Of a stretch of 64,000 nt of DNA, positions 39,560-49,057 are shown in pieces. The notes under the pieces were generated by a model. It was not told the origin of the DNA. It saw nothing but the letters and a program-made list of their open reading frames with translations, and made no database searches. The DNA is from Candidatus Latescibacterota bacterium. Its GTDB lineage: Bacteria; Latescibacterota; UBA2968; UBA8231. The stretch spans positions 960,001 to 1,024,000 of the forward strand of contig CBDCXV010000001.1 of assembly GCA_965223905.1 (NCBI GenBank), in the 5' to 3' direction. A program made the position numbers and the translations under genes. Position 1 is the first letter of the stretch; each line of letters opens with the position of its first letter.

Positions 39560-40848
39560 GTCTTGCGTTCTTTCTTTTTGGCGGCCGGAAACAGCACGTT
39601 GTTCAGGATGAGGCGGTAACCGGGAGAGTTGGGGAACAGGGAAAGCCTCGTGGGCGGGTCGCCGACATGGTGCTTGTGGTCCTCCGGATCGTGGCCCCCG
39701 TAGAAGGTAAAGGTCCCCTTGCCGACGCGGCCGTGGATGTACTTGACGACCTCCGTTCCCTCGACCTCGCCTAGGACGATCACCGATTCCTTGATCAGCG
39801 AGCGGCGGAAGCCGGTGGTCTGCCCGAGGAAGCCGTCGACGACATTGGTGTGGCACTGGGTCAGCATCGCCGGGACCGGGTCGTACTTGGCCGAGAACTC
39901 GAACAGGGTGAAGTACTCCGCTTCCGCGGTTTTCACCCGGCGGACGTCGCGCGGCGTGGTGTCGATGTCCGAGTGCTCGTAGACCATCGGGTCGAGCTCG
40001 AGGCGGAAGTTCTCGAACGCCACGGCGCGGTTGTAGTCGAGTTTCTCCTGGGCCCGGGGATCCGCGGGGTCCCCGTCGAAAACCGCCGCGGCGATGTCGG
40101 CCCCTTCGGCCGCCAGCGCGATGTCGAAGGTGTCGGTCGCCGAGCACATGGCGAAGACGAACCCACCCCCGTTCATGTAGTCGCGGATCTTGCGCGCCAC
40201 CGCTTTCTTCAGCTCGGAGACCTTGGCGAAACCCAGCTCCGCGGCCATGGCCTCGTACAGCCGCTGCTGATCCTGGTACCAGGGCTGGCGCCGGTAGCTG
40301 GCGTAGAACTTCCCGTACTGGCCGGTGAAGTCCTCGTGGTGCAGGTGCAGCCAGTCGTAGTCCTCGAGCTTGCCGGCGAGCACCTCGGCGTCGAAGAGGC
40401 GGTCGTACTCGATGCCGGCGTACTGCAGCGCCAGGGTTACGGCGTCGTCCCAGGGCTGGGAGTTGGGCGGCGTGTACACGGCGATGCGGGGGGCCTTGTC
40501 GAGCCGGACGACCTCCATGTTGCCGGCGTCGATGTCGGCGTAGATACCGGCAGCCTCCCCTTCGGAGACCGCCTCGGTGGCGATGCCGCGGATGCCGGCC
40601 TCGGCGGCGATCAGCGGGTGGGCTTCGACGAGGAAGGAGCCGCCGCGGTAGTTGAGGAGCCACTCGAGCGGGACGCCGCGGTCGAGAATCCACAGGGCGA
40701 GGCCGTAGGCCTTGAGGTGCTCTGTCTGGGCGAGGTCCATCGGCACCAGGATCCGCTGCGCCGCCGCGGGTCCCGGCATGGCGCCGATAACCGCGGCGAT
40801 CACCGCGGCGAGCAGGCCGATCTGGAATCTCTTCACAACCCCTGTCAT
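39556..40848 (-). CDS. Conserved exported protein (FCB family often labelled asparagine synthetase B; true function unknown)
   Basis: Signal peptide; HLKAYG, WLLNYRGGSF, LHLHHEDFTGQYGKFY, FAMCSATD, GGHDPED. Confidence 0.7.
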
Positions 40849-40855
40849 CTTCGCT

Positions 40856-42274
40856 TCAGCCCGTTTCCCGGTACAGGGGCCGCAGCCGCTGTATCTCGAG
40901 ACGGATCTGCGGCGCCCGGGCGTCGCCGGGGAATCCCAGAAGGGCGCTTTCCCAGGTGCGCAGAGCCTCGAGGGGACGGCCCTGTTTCTCGAGCAGCCGC
41001 GCCCGCAGGATCAGCGCGGTGAGGGCCTCGCGCCGGCCGGGAAACGACGCCGCGACCTCGGCGTACCCGGCCAGTGCGCTGTCGGGAAGGGCGCGCGCCT
41101 CGCAGGCCCGCGCCTGGTCGAGCATGGCGCGGACCTCGATGCCCTCCGCTGCGCCGTACAGCTCCCGCCGGACCGTGGCCGCCTCTGCGTGCCGCCCCTG
41201 GTGCTGGTAGAGCAGCGACGTCGCGTAGAGCGCAAGCTCGCGTTCGTTACCGCGCTGCGCCTCGAGCAGGGTGACGATCTCCAGGGCGTCGTTGGCCAGC
41301 TCGTGCCCCGGCTGCGCCGCGAGCAGGGTGTCGAAATGGGCGAGGGCGGCTTCGAAGTCGGCGTGCAGGTAGGCGAGGCGGCCGAGCCCGTAGCGCGCCG
41401 CCCGGTCTCCTGCGGAAGCGGCCAGCAGGGCGCGGTAGCGGTCCCCGGCGGCGTCGAGATCCCCCGCGGCGAGGTCGCATTCCGCCAGCAGCAGGACGGC
41501 ATCGGTGGAGCGGTATCCGCCGCGGCCGGCAGCCAGGGGGGCCAGCAGCAGGCGCGCGGTCTCGGCGTCGCCGTAGGCCTGCAGCAGCAGGCGCCCCTGC
41601 CTGTAGATCGCCTCGCGGCTCTCCGGCTCGCGGGGATACCTGTCCGCGACCTGACGGTACACGGACATCGCCTGGTCGTGGCGCCCCTGCCGCTCGTAGA
41701 GCCCCGCCTCCTTGAGCAGCGACCCGGCACGGTAGCGGGGATTCCCCCGCGGGCTGGCGGAGTAACGCTGGTAGCTCAGGGCCGCCACCTCGTAGAAACC
41801 GGCAGCCTCGCAGCGGGAGGCGAATTGGTAGAGCGCACCGCCGATGTCGGAGCGCCTCTCGATTTCGAGGAGCGCCTCGAGGCCCACCTGGGGCTCGCCC
41901 GTCTTCAGCGATACCGCGGCCAGCAGCATCGCCGCGTGCAGGGGGTCTCGGTCCGAGCCGTCCAGGGCGTCGTGCAGAGCCTCGGCGATGGCCGCGGTTC
42001 TCTGCTGCGGTTGCCCGGGCGCGTTTCCGTCACCGGCGCCGGCGATCTTCTCGAAGTGGCTCTCGACCAGGGGGAAGTGCTGCGGTTCCGAGTCGAGGTA
42101 GTCGAGGGCGGCGCCGACTGCTTCGGGGTAGCGCCCGGCCGCCAGGTGCTCGAGGCAGAGCGCCCATGGATGGCCGCTCCGCTGCGGCCGGAATCGGCCG
42201 CCGGAGTCCGCCCCGGCCTGTGCGTTCAGCGCGGCCCAGAGACAGAGGAAGCACAGCAGTCCGCGTCCTCTCAC
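40856..42274 (-). CDS. Tetratricopeptide repeat protein
   Basis: GTG overlaps the upstream stop; signal peptide; repeated TPR-like helices, ANDALE. Confidence 0.75.
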   Translation of the reverse strand: MRGRGLLCFLCLWAALNAQAGADSGGRFRPQRSGHPWALCLEHLAAGRYPEAVGAALDYLDSEPQHFPLVESHFEKIAGAGDGNAPGQPQQRTAAIAEALHDALDGSDRDPLHAAMLLAAVSLKTGEPQVGLEALLEIERRSDIGGALYQFASRCEAAGFYEVAALSYQRYSASPRGNPRYRAGSLLKEAGLYERQGRHDQAMSVYRQVADRYPREPESREAIYRQGRLLLQAYGDAETARLLLAPLAAGRGGYRSTDAVLLLAECDLAAGDLDAAGDRYRALLAASAGDRAARYGLGRLAYLHADFEAALAHFDTLLAAQPGHELANDALEIVTLLEAQRGNERELALYATSLLYQHQGRHAEAATVRRELYGAAEGIEVRAMLDQARACEARALPDSALAGYAEVAASFPGRREALTALILRARLLEKQGRPLEALRTWESALLGFPGDARAPQIRLEIQRLRPLYRETG

Positions 42275-45200
42275 GGAAGTCCTTCCAGGGAGTCGGGGCG
42301 GGCGGCGATGTCGGCGTAGACCGACTCGTAGTAGCGGCGCACCAGCTCGCGGTACTCCCGGGGCAGGTTGCCGGCGAGAGCGCGCTTCATCGCCTCGCGC
42401 CAGAGGTCGGGGCGCTGGCCCAGATCCTCCGGGATCCACATCGGTCCGGCGTAGTCGCTGTCGGCGCCGGTTTCGGACTGCCTCTTCTTCTTGAATCCAC
42501 GGGAGTAGATGGAACGGCTCGCATCGAGCATGCGCTGGTAGATCCGCTCCTGCGTCTGGTTGATGCGCGGATGGGGCCGGCCCTGCTGCATGTCTCTCAG
42601 CACCGAGTTCATCTCCTCGGCGATCCCCCGCATCCGTTTTTCGGCGCCGCGATGTCCGCGCAGGCTGCGCTCGATTTCGGACAGCGCCTGCATGATGCTC
42701 CGCTGCTCCGCGGCCAATCGCGCCATTTCCGCTCTGGCGTTGGCGCCGCGGCCGGGTCCCCCGCGTTCTCCGTCCGGCGCCTCCTGGCCCTCCATCGCCT
42801 CCCGCGTCGCCTGGTTGAGGGAGGCCTGCTGTTCCGACAGCCCCAGGAGCTTCTCCATCGCCTCGGCGAACCCGGACGGCATGAACGACGAGGCGACGTC
42901 CTCGATGCTCCGGCGCAGCAGGTTGGCCGCTTCGTTGAGGTAGCCGTAGGCCTCGGACTGGCTTGGCAGCGACCGTCCGGCCTCCCGCTGCCCGAGCCGG
43001 CGTCCCGACTCCTGCATCCGCCGCCGCGCGTACCCGGCAGTGACGATAACGGCGCGATCCAGGCTCAGGGTCTGCTGGCCGGCGCTCGCCAGCTCGGAGA
43101 TGACGGCATCGGTGCCGCGCAGCAGGGCGAACTGCTCGTCGGCGAGGGCCGCGGCCCCGTCCCGTTCCCGCCGGGTGCGCCGCGCCAGCTCCTCCTGACT
43201 ATGCGAGAGGTCGATCAGGTCTGCCATGGCGGTGCGCAGCTTGCCGACCAGGCGGTTCTTCTCCCCGGCGGAGAACTGGTCTCGCAGTTCTTCGAGGTCC
43301 GCGGCCAGCTCGCCGAGATCCTCCAGGAGCTCCCCGCCGAGGCCCCGGGCCTGCTGCCGTCTCCCTTCCCCAAGGCTCGCGGCCATTTCCCTCATGCGCC
43401 CGGCGAGGTCGCGCTGCTCCATTTCGGCCGCCTCGCGGTTCAGGGCTTCGGAGCTGCCCGGGCTGATCGGGGCCAGCGCCTCGGCGGCCTCCTCGAGATC
43501 GCCGCGCAGGCGCTCGGAGTCGCGGGCCAATGACTCTTCTCTCGCTTCCAGGCGGGCCGCGGCCTCGGAAGCGGAGGCTAGCGCTTCGCCGATGCTCTCC
43601 TGCCGGGCGAGCAGGTCGCGGGCCTTCTCGACCGCGGCCTCGAGCTGCTGCTCGGCCTGAACCTGGCGCAGCAGCGCCAGGGTGCGATCGAGACGCTGCT
43701 CGAAAACCTCGTACTCCTCGCTGAATTTCTTCAGGGTTTCCGCCAACTGTTCCGGGTCGAGCTCGCCGGCGGATTGCTCGAGCTCGCGCAGGGCCTCGAG
43801 CAGCTCGGGGGAGGTGACCTCCTCCATCAGCTCGCGGATCTCCTCCATCTTGTCGAGGAGCTCCCGCGAACCCAGACCCTGCTCCGACAACTTTTCCGCC
43901 ACCTCGGCCAACTCCTGCGCCGCCTCTTCCAGGGCCTGGGCGCGCTCGCGCTCGCGGTCGAGCGCCGCTTCCAGCTCCCGTTTCTGCTCCCAGCTGAGCT
44001 CCTCGGTTTTCAGGACCTCTCTGCGCACCTGCTCGAGATACTGCTGGGCGCTGCGCTCCTGGTCGATCAGCTCCTCCACCGACATCACCGTTTCGCTCTG
44101 CAGCTCGGAGACTTCGTCGAGGAACTCGAACATCGACGGGAAACGCACCGCGAACTCCTTCGAATAGCTGCTCTTGGGTCCCGTGACGGCGTCGTTGTCG
44201 GTGGCGCGTACGCGGTAGGTGACGCGGTCTTCGGGCAGCAGGTCAAGAGGGGCGAGGTCCCACAGGTGATCGACGGCGACACGCGGGCCCGGCCGCAAGC
44301 TCAAGGGCATGGAGCGCTCGCTGCCGCCGTTCTTGCGAAACAGCAGTTCGAGGGAGGCGATGCCGAAATCATCGCTTCCCTCTATTCCCAGGCCCACCAC
44401 CTTGGACTCCGGGAGACCGATGTCTTCCCCCGGCTCGACGACGGCAACTCGAGGCTTCTGGTCCGGCAGCACCTCGATGGCGTAGCGGATCGGGTCGCGA
44501 TTGGCAACCCCTTTGCGGTCCCTCATGTCGACGTAGTACAGGCGGCGGTTCGTTGCGGAGGTTGCGGCGACGCTGCTGCGGCCCGCGGCGACGGGCAGCG
44601 AGAAGGAGACGCGGGCGCCGCGGTCCTCGACCTCCGCGGGCAGGCGCAGGGTGTCGTCGATGACCAGGGCGGCTTCGGCGAGCGGCTTCGAGGCGTCGAT
44701 TCGGATCCCCACCTCCGTACCGGCAGGGGCGCTGACGTCGCCGTTTCCCGATTCGATCCGCTCCGGCCAGCCGCAGTGGGGGGGGTAGCGGTAGCGGACG
44801 GTCAGCTGCCGAACCTCGGGAGGATCGACGACCTCGACGTCGTACGGCCCGGCGAACCCGTCCCCTCCGCGAACGGAAAAGGAGAACGGCCGCACCACGT
44901 CGGTGAAAGTGTAGCGAACCGTGTCCGCGGCGGCTCCCTCGGAGGCGGCGATCTCGGTCGCCTGCCAATCGGCGCCCCCGGAGTCGCGCCTCAGGATTTC
45001 CGCGGTGCGGGGCACCTCCCCGGAAAACAGGATCTCGACCGCGGCATCCTCTCCCTTCACCACCTCCAGCTGTGGGGGCCGGACCTCGATGAGGGTCCGC
45101 GCGAGGCGGGGGTACTCGCGCAGGGGATGGGCGCAGCGCTTCGCCGCGGGTACCAGATCCTCGGCGAACAGGGCGCCGGCAGCGGTGACGGCCACTGCCG

Positions 45201-45708
45201 CGATGGCGAGTTGTCGGGCGGGGAGTCGCAGGAGGTTCAAGCCGACGATGGAACCAGTGGAGCGGCCTTCGATGCAGGCAGCCGCCCCCTGCACGGCCGC
45301 GGCGGTGAGGCCGGGTGAGCCGGTCTGTCGCCGCCGGTCCTCGACGGGGTCGGCGGCCAGCTCCAGGGCGAGGATCAGGCGCCCCCGGAGAGCGCCGAGG
45401 TCGCTTTCCGCCAGCAGGCCGACGCGGTGGTGGGACAGCCGCCCGCGCAGCCGCAAGTACACCATGAGCCCGGCCGCGGCGATGGTGGAAGCCAGCGCCG
45501 TGAGCACCAGCGCGGTTCGCCAGGACGGTCCGGGGTGGAGCAGGTGCTCGGCGCAGACTGCCGCCAGCCCGAGCAGCAGCCCGAGGGCGAGCGCCTGCAG
45601 CAGGACAGCCCCCGCCTCGACGGCCACCAGCCGGCGCCGGAGCCGGCGGGTGAAGGCGACAATCGAGGCGAGCTGCCGATCTGAGCCGGTTTCCTGTTTC
45701 ACCAACAC
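42271..45708 (-). CDS. DUF4175-like membrane-anchored coiled-coil protein
   Basis: N-terminal TMs, Ig-like PPEV...YPP segment, SDDFGI, RATDND, long coiled coil, LPREYRELVRRYY. Confidence 0.75.
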   Translation of the reverse strand: MLVKQETGSDRQLASIVAFTRRLRRRLVAVEAGAVLLQALALGLLLGLAAVCAEHLLHPGPSWRTALVLTALASTIAAAGLMVYLRLRGRLSHHRVGLLAESDLGALRGRLILALELAADPVEDRRRQTGSPGLTAAAVQGAAACIEGRSTGSIVGLNLLRLPARQLAIAAVAVTAAGALFAEDLVPAAKRCAHPLREYPRLARTLIEVRPPQLEVVKGEDAAVEILFSGEVPRTAEILRRDSGGADWQATEIAASEGAAADTVRYTFTDVVRPFSFSVRGGDGFAGPYDVEVVDPPEVRQLTVRYRYPPHCGWPERIESGNGDVSAPAGTEVGIRIDASKPLAEAALVIDDTLRLPAEVEDRGARVSFSLPVAAGRSSVAATSATNRRLYYVDMRDRKGVANRDPIRYAIEVLPDQKPRVAVVEPGEDIGLPESKVVGLGIEGSDDFGIASLELLFRKNGGSERSMPLSLRPGPRVAVDHLWDLAPLDLLPEDRVTYRVRATDNDAVTGPKSSYSKEFAVRFPSMFEFLDEVSELQSETVMSVEELIDQERSAQQYLEQVRREVLKTEELSWEQKRELEAALDRERERAQALEEAAQELAEVAEKLSEQGLGSRELLDKMEEIRELMEEVTSPELLEALRELEQSAGELDPEQLAETLKKFSEEYEVFEQRLDRTLALLRQVQAEQQLEAAVEKARDLLARQESIGEALASASEAAARLEAREESLARDSERLRGDLEEAAEALAPISPGSSEALNREAAEMEQRDLAGRMREMAASLGEGRRQQARGLGGELLEDLGELAADLEELRDQFSAGEKNRLVGKLRTAMADLIDLSHSQEELARRTRRERDGAAALADEQFALLRGTDAVISELASAGQQTLSLDRAVIVTAGYARRRMQESGRRLGQREAGRSLPSQSEAYGYLNEAANLLRRSIEDVASSFMPSGFAEAMEKLLGLSEQQASLNQATREAMEGQEAPDGERGGPGRGANARAEMARLAAEQRSIMQALSEIERSLRGHRGAEKRMRGIAEEMNSVLRDMQQGRPHPRINQTQERIYQRMLDASRSIYSRGFKKKRQSETGADSDYAGPMWIPEDLGQRPDLWREAMKRALAGNLPREYRELVRRYYESVYADIAARPDSLEGLP

Positions 45709-45887
45709 CTCTTCATCATTCCGCCGGTCGATTCCGTCTCTCGGTGTTGTCTGCCCTCACTGTAATCCTGCCGGCACGGCGCCTCCGGACGCCCGGTGCT
45801 CCGGCGGAAGCGTGCTGCCGATCCGGATCTGTTCGCGATACAGGACACTGGATGTCGCGGTTTTGTCTACTGGTAGTGCTGCTCGCC

Positions 45888-46547
45888 TCAGTGAGTGAGT
45901 GCCCAGACGACTATGTTGGTTCCCATGCGCAGCGCGGACTCTCGTTTCTCCTCGGGGTCGCCGTGGACGTCGACATCTTCCCAGCCGTCGCCGAGGTCCG
46001 ACTCGAAGGTGTAGAGGAGGATGATGCGCCTGCCTTCGAACAGGGCCAGGGCCTGCGGCCGGTTGCCGTCGTGCTCGTGGATCTTCGGCAGTCCCCCGGG
46101 GAGCTCGAAATGGCATTGGAAGATGCCGTGTTCCGGGGGCAGCTCGACGAATTCCTTGTGCGGAAAGAGCTTGCGCACCTCGCGGCGGAAGGATTCGTCC
46201 ATCCCGTAGTTGTCGTCGGCGTGCAGGAAACCGCCGTTTTCGAGAAACTGCCGCAAGCGGATCACTTCCGCGGCCGACAGCGAGACGTTGCCGTGCCCCG
46301 TCATGTAGAGGTAAGGGTAGGAGAACAGCTCCTCGTCCATGATACGGACCCGCGCCTCCTCGGCAGCGGCGTCGACGCGGGTGTGGCCGGCGATGTAGGA
46401 GAGAAGATTCGGCAGGGAAGAGGGGTTGCTGTACCAGTCGCCGCCGCCGTCGTACTGAAGGCGGGCGATCGCAAACCGATGGCCGCCGCCGGCTGCCGAC
46501 CCAGGCGACAGCAGCAGGACGGTAAGCAGGATTCCGGGGATTCTCAT
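45888..46547 (-). CDS. DUF4159 domain protein
   Basis: YDGGGDWY, YPYLYMTGHG, GGFLHADDNYG, DLGDGWE. Confidence 0.88.
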   Translation of the reverse strand: MRIPGILLTVLLLSPGSAAGGGHRFAIARLQYDGGGDWYSNPSSLPNLLSYIAGHTRVDAAAEEARVRIMDEELFSYPYLYMTGHGNVSLSAAEVIRLRQFLENGGFLHADDNYGMDESFRREVRKLFPHKEFVELPPEHGIFQCHFELPGGLPKIHEHDGNRPQALALFEGRRIILLYTFESDLGDGWEDVDVHGDPEEKRESALRMGTNIVVWALTH

Positions 46548-46551
46548 CGTG

Positions 46552-49047
46552 TCAGCGAGGTCCCGGCGAGCCGTTGATTACCGCCAGCTTGCCGCGCCGG
46601 AGATTGCCGTCGGCGTCTTCCGCGACCACCAAGTACACCCCCGAGCCGACGAGAAAGCCGGCTTCGTTGACTCCCTTCCACGAGATCGTCCCTCTGCCGG
46701 CCTCGCCGGGAAGGTTGCGGACGAGCTGTCCGGAGGGGCGGAAGATCCGCAGCGAAGCCCCGAGAGGGAGGCCGGAAACCGTCAGCTGACCTTGCAGGGG
46801 ATCGAACGGGTTCGGGTAGATGACAAGACCTTCGCTCGGCTTTTCCCCGGGAGCCGAGGCGCCTAGTGTCAGGCGGCTCAGACCGTCGAAGGTGCCGATC
46901 CAGAGCTCGTCGCCGGCCTCGTCGTACAACAGCGACTTCACGCGGTTGTCGATCAAGCCGCTGTTGGAGGCGGTAAACGTGAACTCCCACTCCCCGCTGG
47001 GGTTGATTCGCGCCAGCCCTTCTTCGGTCCCCACCCAGACGTTACCCGCGGCGTCTGCAGCCAGGGCGCTGACTTCGTTGGTTGGCAGGCCGTCCGTGGT
47101 GCTGTACGTCCTCCAGTCTTCCTTCGCGATCGAGTACGTGCCGGTATCTCCGGAGAAGGTGCCCCTGAAGCTGTCGAGGCCGTTGTTGGTCCCCACCCAT
47201 ACGGTTCCGTCCGCGGCGAGCAGCAGGTCGGTGATACGGTCGCTAGAGAGGCGCGGCTCGCTGCCGCTGTTGATCCGCGCCGTCAGGTCGTCGCTGCCGT
47301 CGAACGGCGTGCCGCCGTCGTCCAGTACGACGAGTCCCTCGGTGCGGCTGGTTATCCATTTCAGGCCGTCGCCGTCGGCACGGAATCGGATCTTCCCGGT
47401 GTCGGTCAGGGGTTCGAATCCCAGCCAGGTCTGGGGGATCAGGAGGCCCTCCTCCACAGGATATCCGTCTACAACCACCACCCCGCCTCGAACGTTGACC
47501 ACCCACATGTTTCCATCCTTGTCGCGGGCGATATCGCTGATAGCGACAAAGCTCCGGCTCGCCCCGATGCCGATCAGGGGGGAATTCTCGTGGTTGACGA
47601 CGCCCCAGCCGTCCTGGTCCCTGACGGCGACTCCGCCGCCCCAGGATCCGACCCAGACGCGTCCTTCGGCATCGGCCTCGACGGTGATGATATTGTTGGT
47701 CGGCATTCCCGACTTCCGGTCGTAGACCGACCAGCCGGAGTCGTCGAGTTGGTACACGCCGAACGATTGCTGATGGTCGTCTGGCACGCTTGCTACCCAC
47801 AGCTCGCCGTTGTCGAGCAGCTCCATGTCGAAGAAGTGGTTCTGGGCAGGCTCCTTCGAGGGCGGCGGCGGATCTCCGCCGACGACCTTCAACCCCTGGC
47901 GGGTTGCGAGCCACAGGACTTCCCCGTTGTCGGACATGTCGCGGACACCGGTTATCGACTTTCCCGGGACCCGCTCCCAGGTTCCTTCCGACTCACGCCC
48001 CAGGATGTTGCCGTCCTCCATGGCCGCCACTACGCGGCCTTCGAGCACTCCGAGGCTGGTGGCTGCAGCGGTCAGATCGAAGGTTATTCCGCTATCGCCG
48101 GAACGGAACGAGGAGACCCCCAAAGGCCCGGCAAAGAAAAGGGTTCCCTCGAAATTCAGGAGGTCGGCCAGGCCCCCTGTCCCGCCGAGCGCCTGCCAGC
48201 TGTCGGGGTCCTGGAGATTGGGCTGGCCGAGGTCGGCAAAGGCGGTTCCGGAGGTGGTTCCGGCGACGAGGGAACCATCGAGAATCCCGAGTCCGATCAC
48301 TTCGGAATCACGCGGGATTTTACCGAGGTTGCGGTACGTCTCCTTCACTTCCTCCTTGTCGATCAGGAAGAGACTGATGCCCTCTTCGGTGCCGACGTAG
48401 AGCCGGTCGCCGACTGCCAGCAGCGCGTTGATGCGGAGATTGCGGAACTCGAGAAAAGGCGGATCGAAGGAGTCTGCCTCAGGGCGGAAACGGCTCAGCC
48501 CCTGCCGGTCGCTGCCGAACCAGATATGTCCCCGGTCATCCTCGGTCACCGAGAGAAGACTGTTTCCCGCAAGTCGGTTGACGCGCGTGAAGCGCCTGTA
48601 CTCCTGGGTGAGGACGTCGAAATGCAAGGCGCCCCCATTTGTGGCGGACCAGACGTTTCCGTTGGCGTCGACGTGGAGCTGGTTGACCTCGAGCATGCTT
48701 GTGAAAGCCGCCCAGTCTCCTTCTCCGTCCTGGGCGGAGCCTGGAGCGGCCAGTGCGCATGCAAGAGCCACGGCGACGGTGAGGTGGGGTGGAAAGAGTT
48801 TGACAGCCCGCTGGTAAAGGTGCTCTGCAGGCGCGGCCGAGTCATGGCGGCCGAAGACAAGGCGCGCGACCGAGTCGAATCGCAGGGGATTCGGGGAAAG
48901 AGCGCAACGCCGTATTCGGAACGCTCTTCCGAGCGTTTCAGGGAACGGCAAAGCCGTTCCCAACACGGACCCGAAGGGTTCGCTACCGCCAGCGCCGGAC
49001 GCAGCCCGGATGGACTTTTTCAACGGGCTGTCAGGGATCGATGCCAT
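46552..49047 (-). CDS. PorZ-like beta-propeller protein with FlgD/T9SS-like C-terminal domain
   Basis: Repeated D..G.VWVGT..GL propeller blades; IYPNPF...SGQLVR...SGVYLV...KLAVI C-terminus. Confidence 0.8.
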   Translation of the reverse strand: MASIPDSPLKKSIRAASGAGGSEPFGSVLGTALPFPETLGRAFRIRRCALSPNPLRFDSVARLVFGRHDSAAPAEHLYQRAVKLFPPHLTVAVALACALAAPGSAQDGEGDWAAFTSMLEVNQLHVDANGNVWSATNGGALHFDVLTQEYRRFTRVNRLAGNSLLSVTEDDRGHIWFGSDRQGLSRFRPEADSFDPPFLEFRNLRINALLAVGDRLYVGTEEGISLFLIDKEEVKETYRNLGKIPRDSEVIGLGILDGSLVAGTTSGTAFADLGQPNLQDPDSWQALGGTGGLADLLNFEGTLFFAGPLGVSSFRSGDSGITFDLTAAATSLGVLEGRVVAAMEDGNILGRESEGTWERVPGKSITGVRDMSDNGEVLWLATRQGLKVVGGDPPPPSKEPAQNHFFDMELLDNGELWVASVPDDHQQSFGVYQLDDSGWSVYDRKSGMPTNNIITVEADAEGRVWVGSWGGGVAVRDQDGWGVVNHENSPLIGIGASRSFVAISDIARDKDGNMWVVNVRGGVVVVDGYPVEEGLLIPQTWLGFEPLTDTGKIRFRADGDGLKWITSRTEGLVVLDDGGTPFDGSDDLTARINSGSEPRLSSDRITDLLLAADGTVWVGTNNGLDSFRGTFSGDTGTYSIAKEDWRTYSTTDGLPTNEVSALAADAAGNVWVGTEEGLARINPSGEWEFTFTASNSGLIDNRVKSLLYDEAGDELWIGTFDGLSRLTLGASAPGEKPSEGLVIYPNPFDPLQGQLTVSGLPLGASLRIFRPSGQLVRNLPGEAGRGTISWKGVNEAGFLVGSGVYLVVAEDADGNLRRGKLAVINGSPGPR
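48801..49033. mobile_element. 233-bp palindromic MITE inside the 5' end of the PorZ-like ORF
   Basis: Terminal inverted repeats TGACAGCCCGCTGGTAAAG and CTTTTTCAACGGGCTGTCA (16/19); internal hairpins such as GGGAACGGCAAAGCCGTTCCC. Confidence 0.75.
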
Positions 49048-49057
49048 CGGCCTCCGT

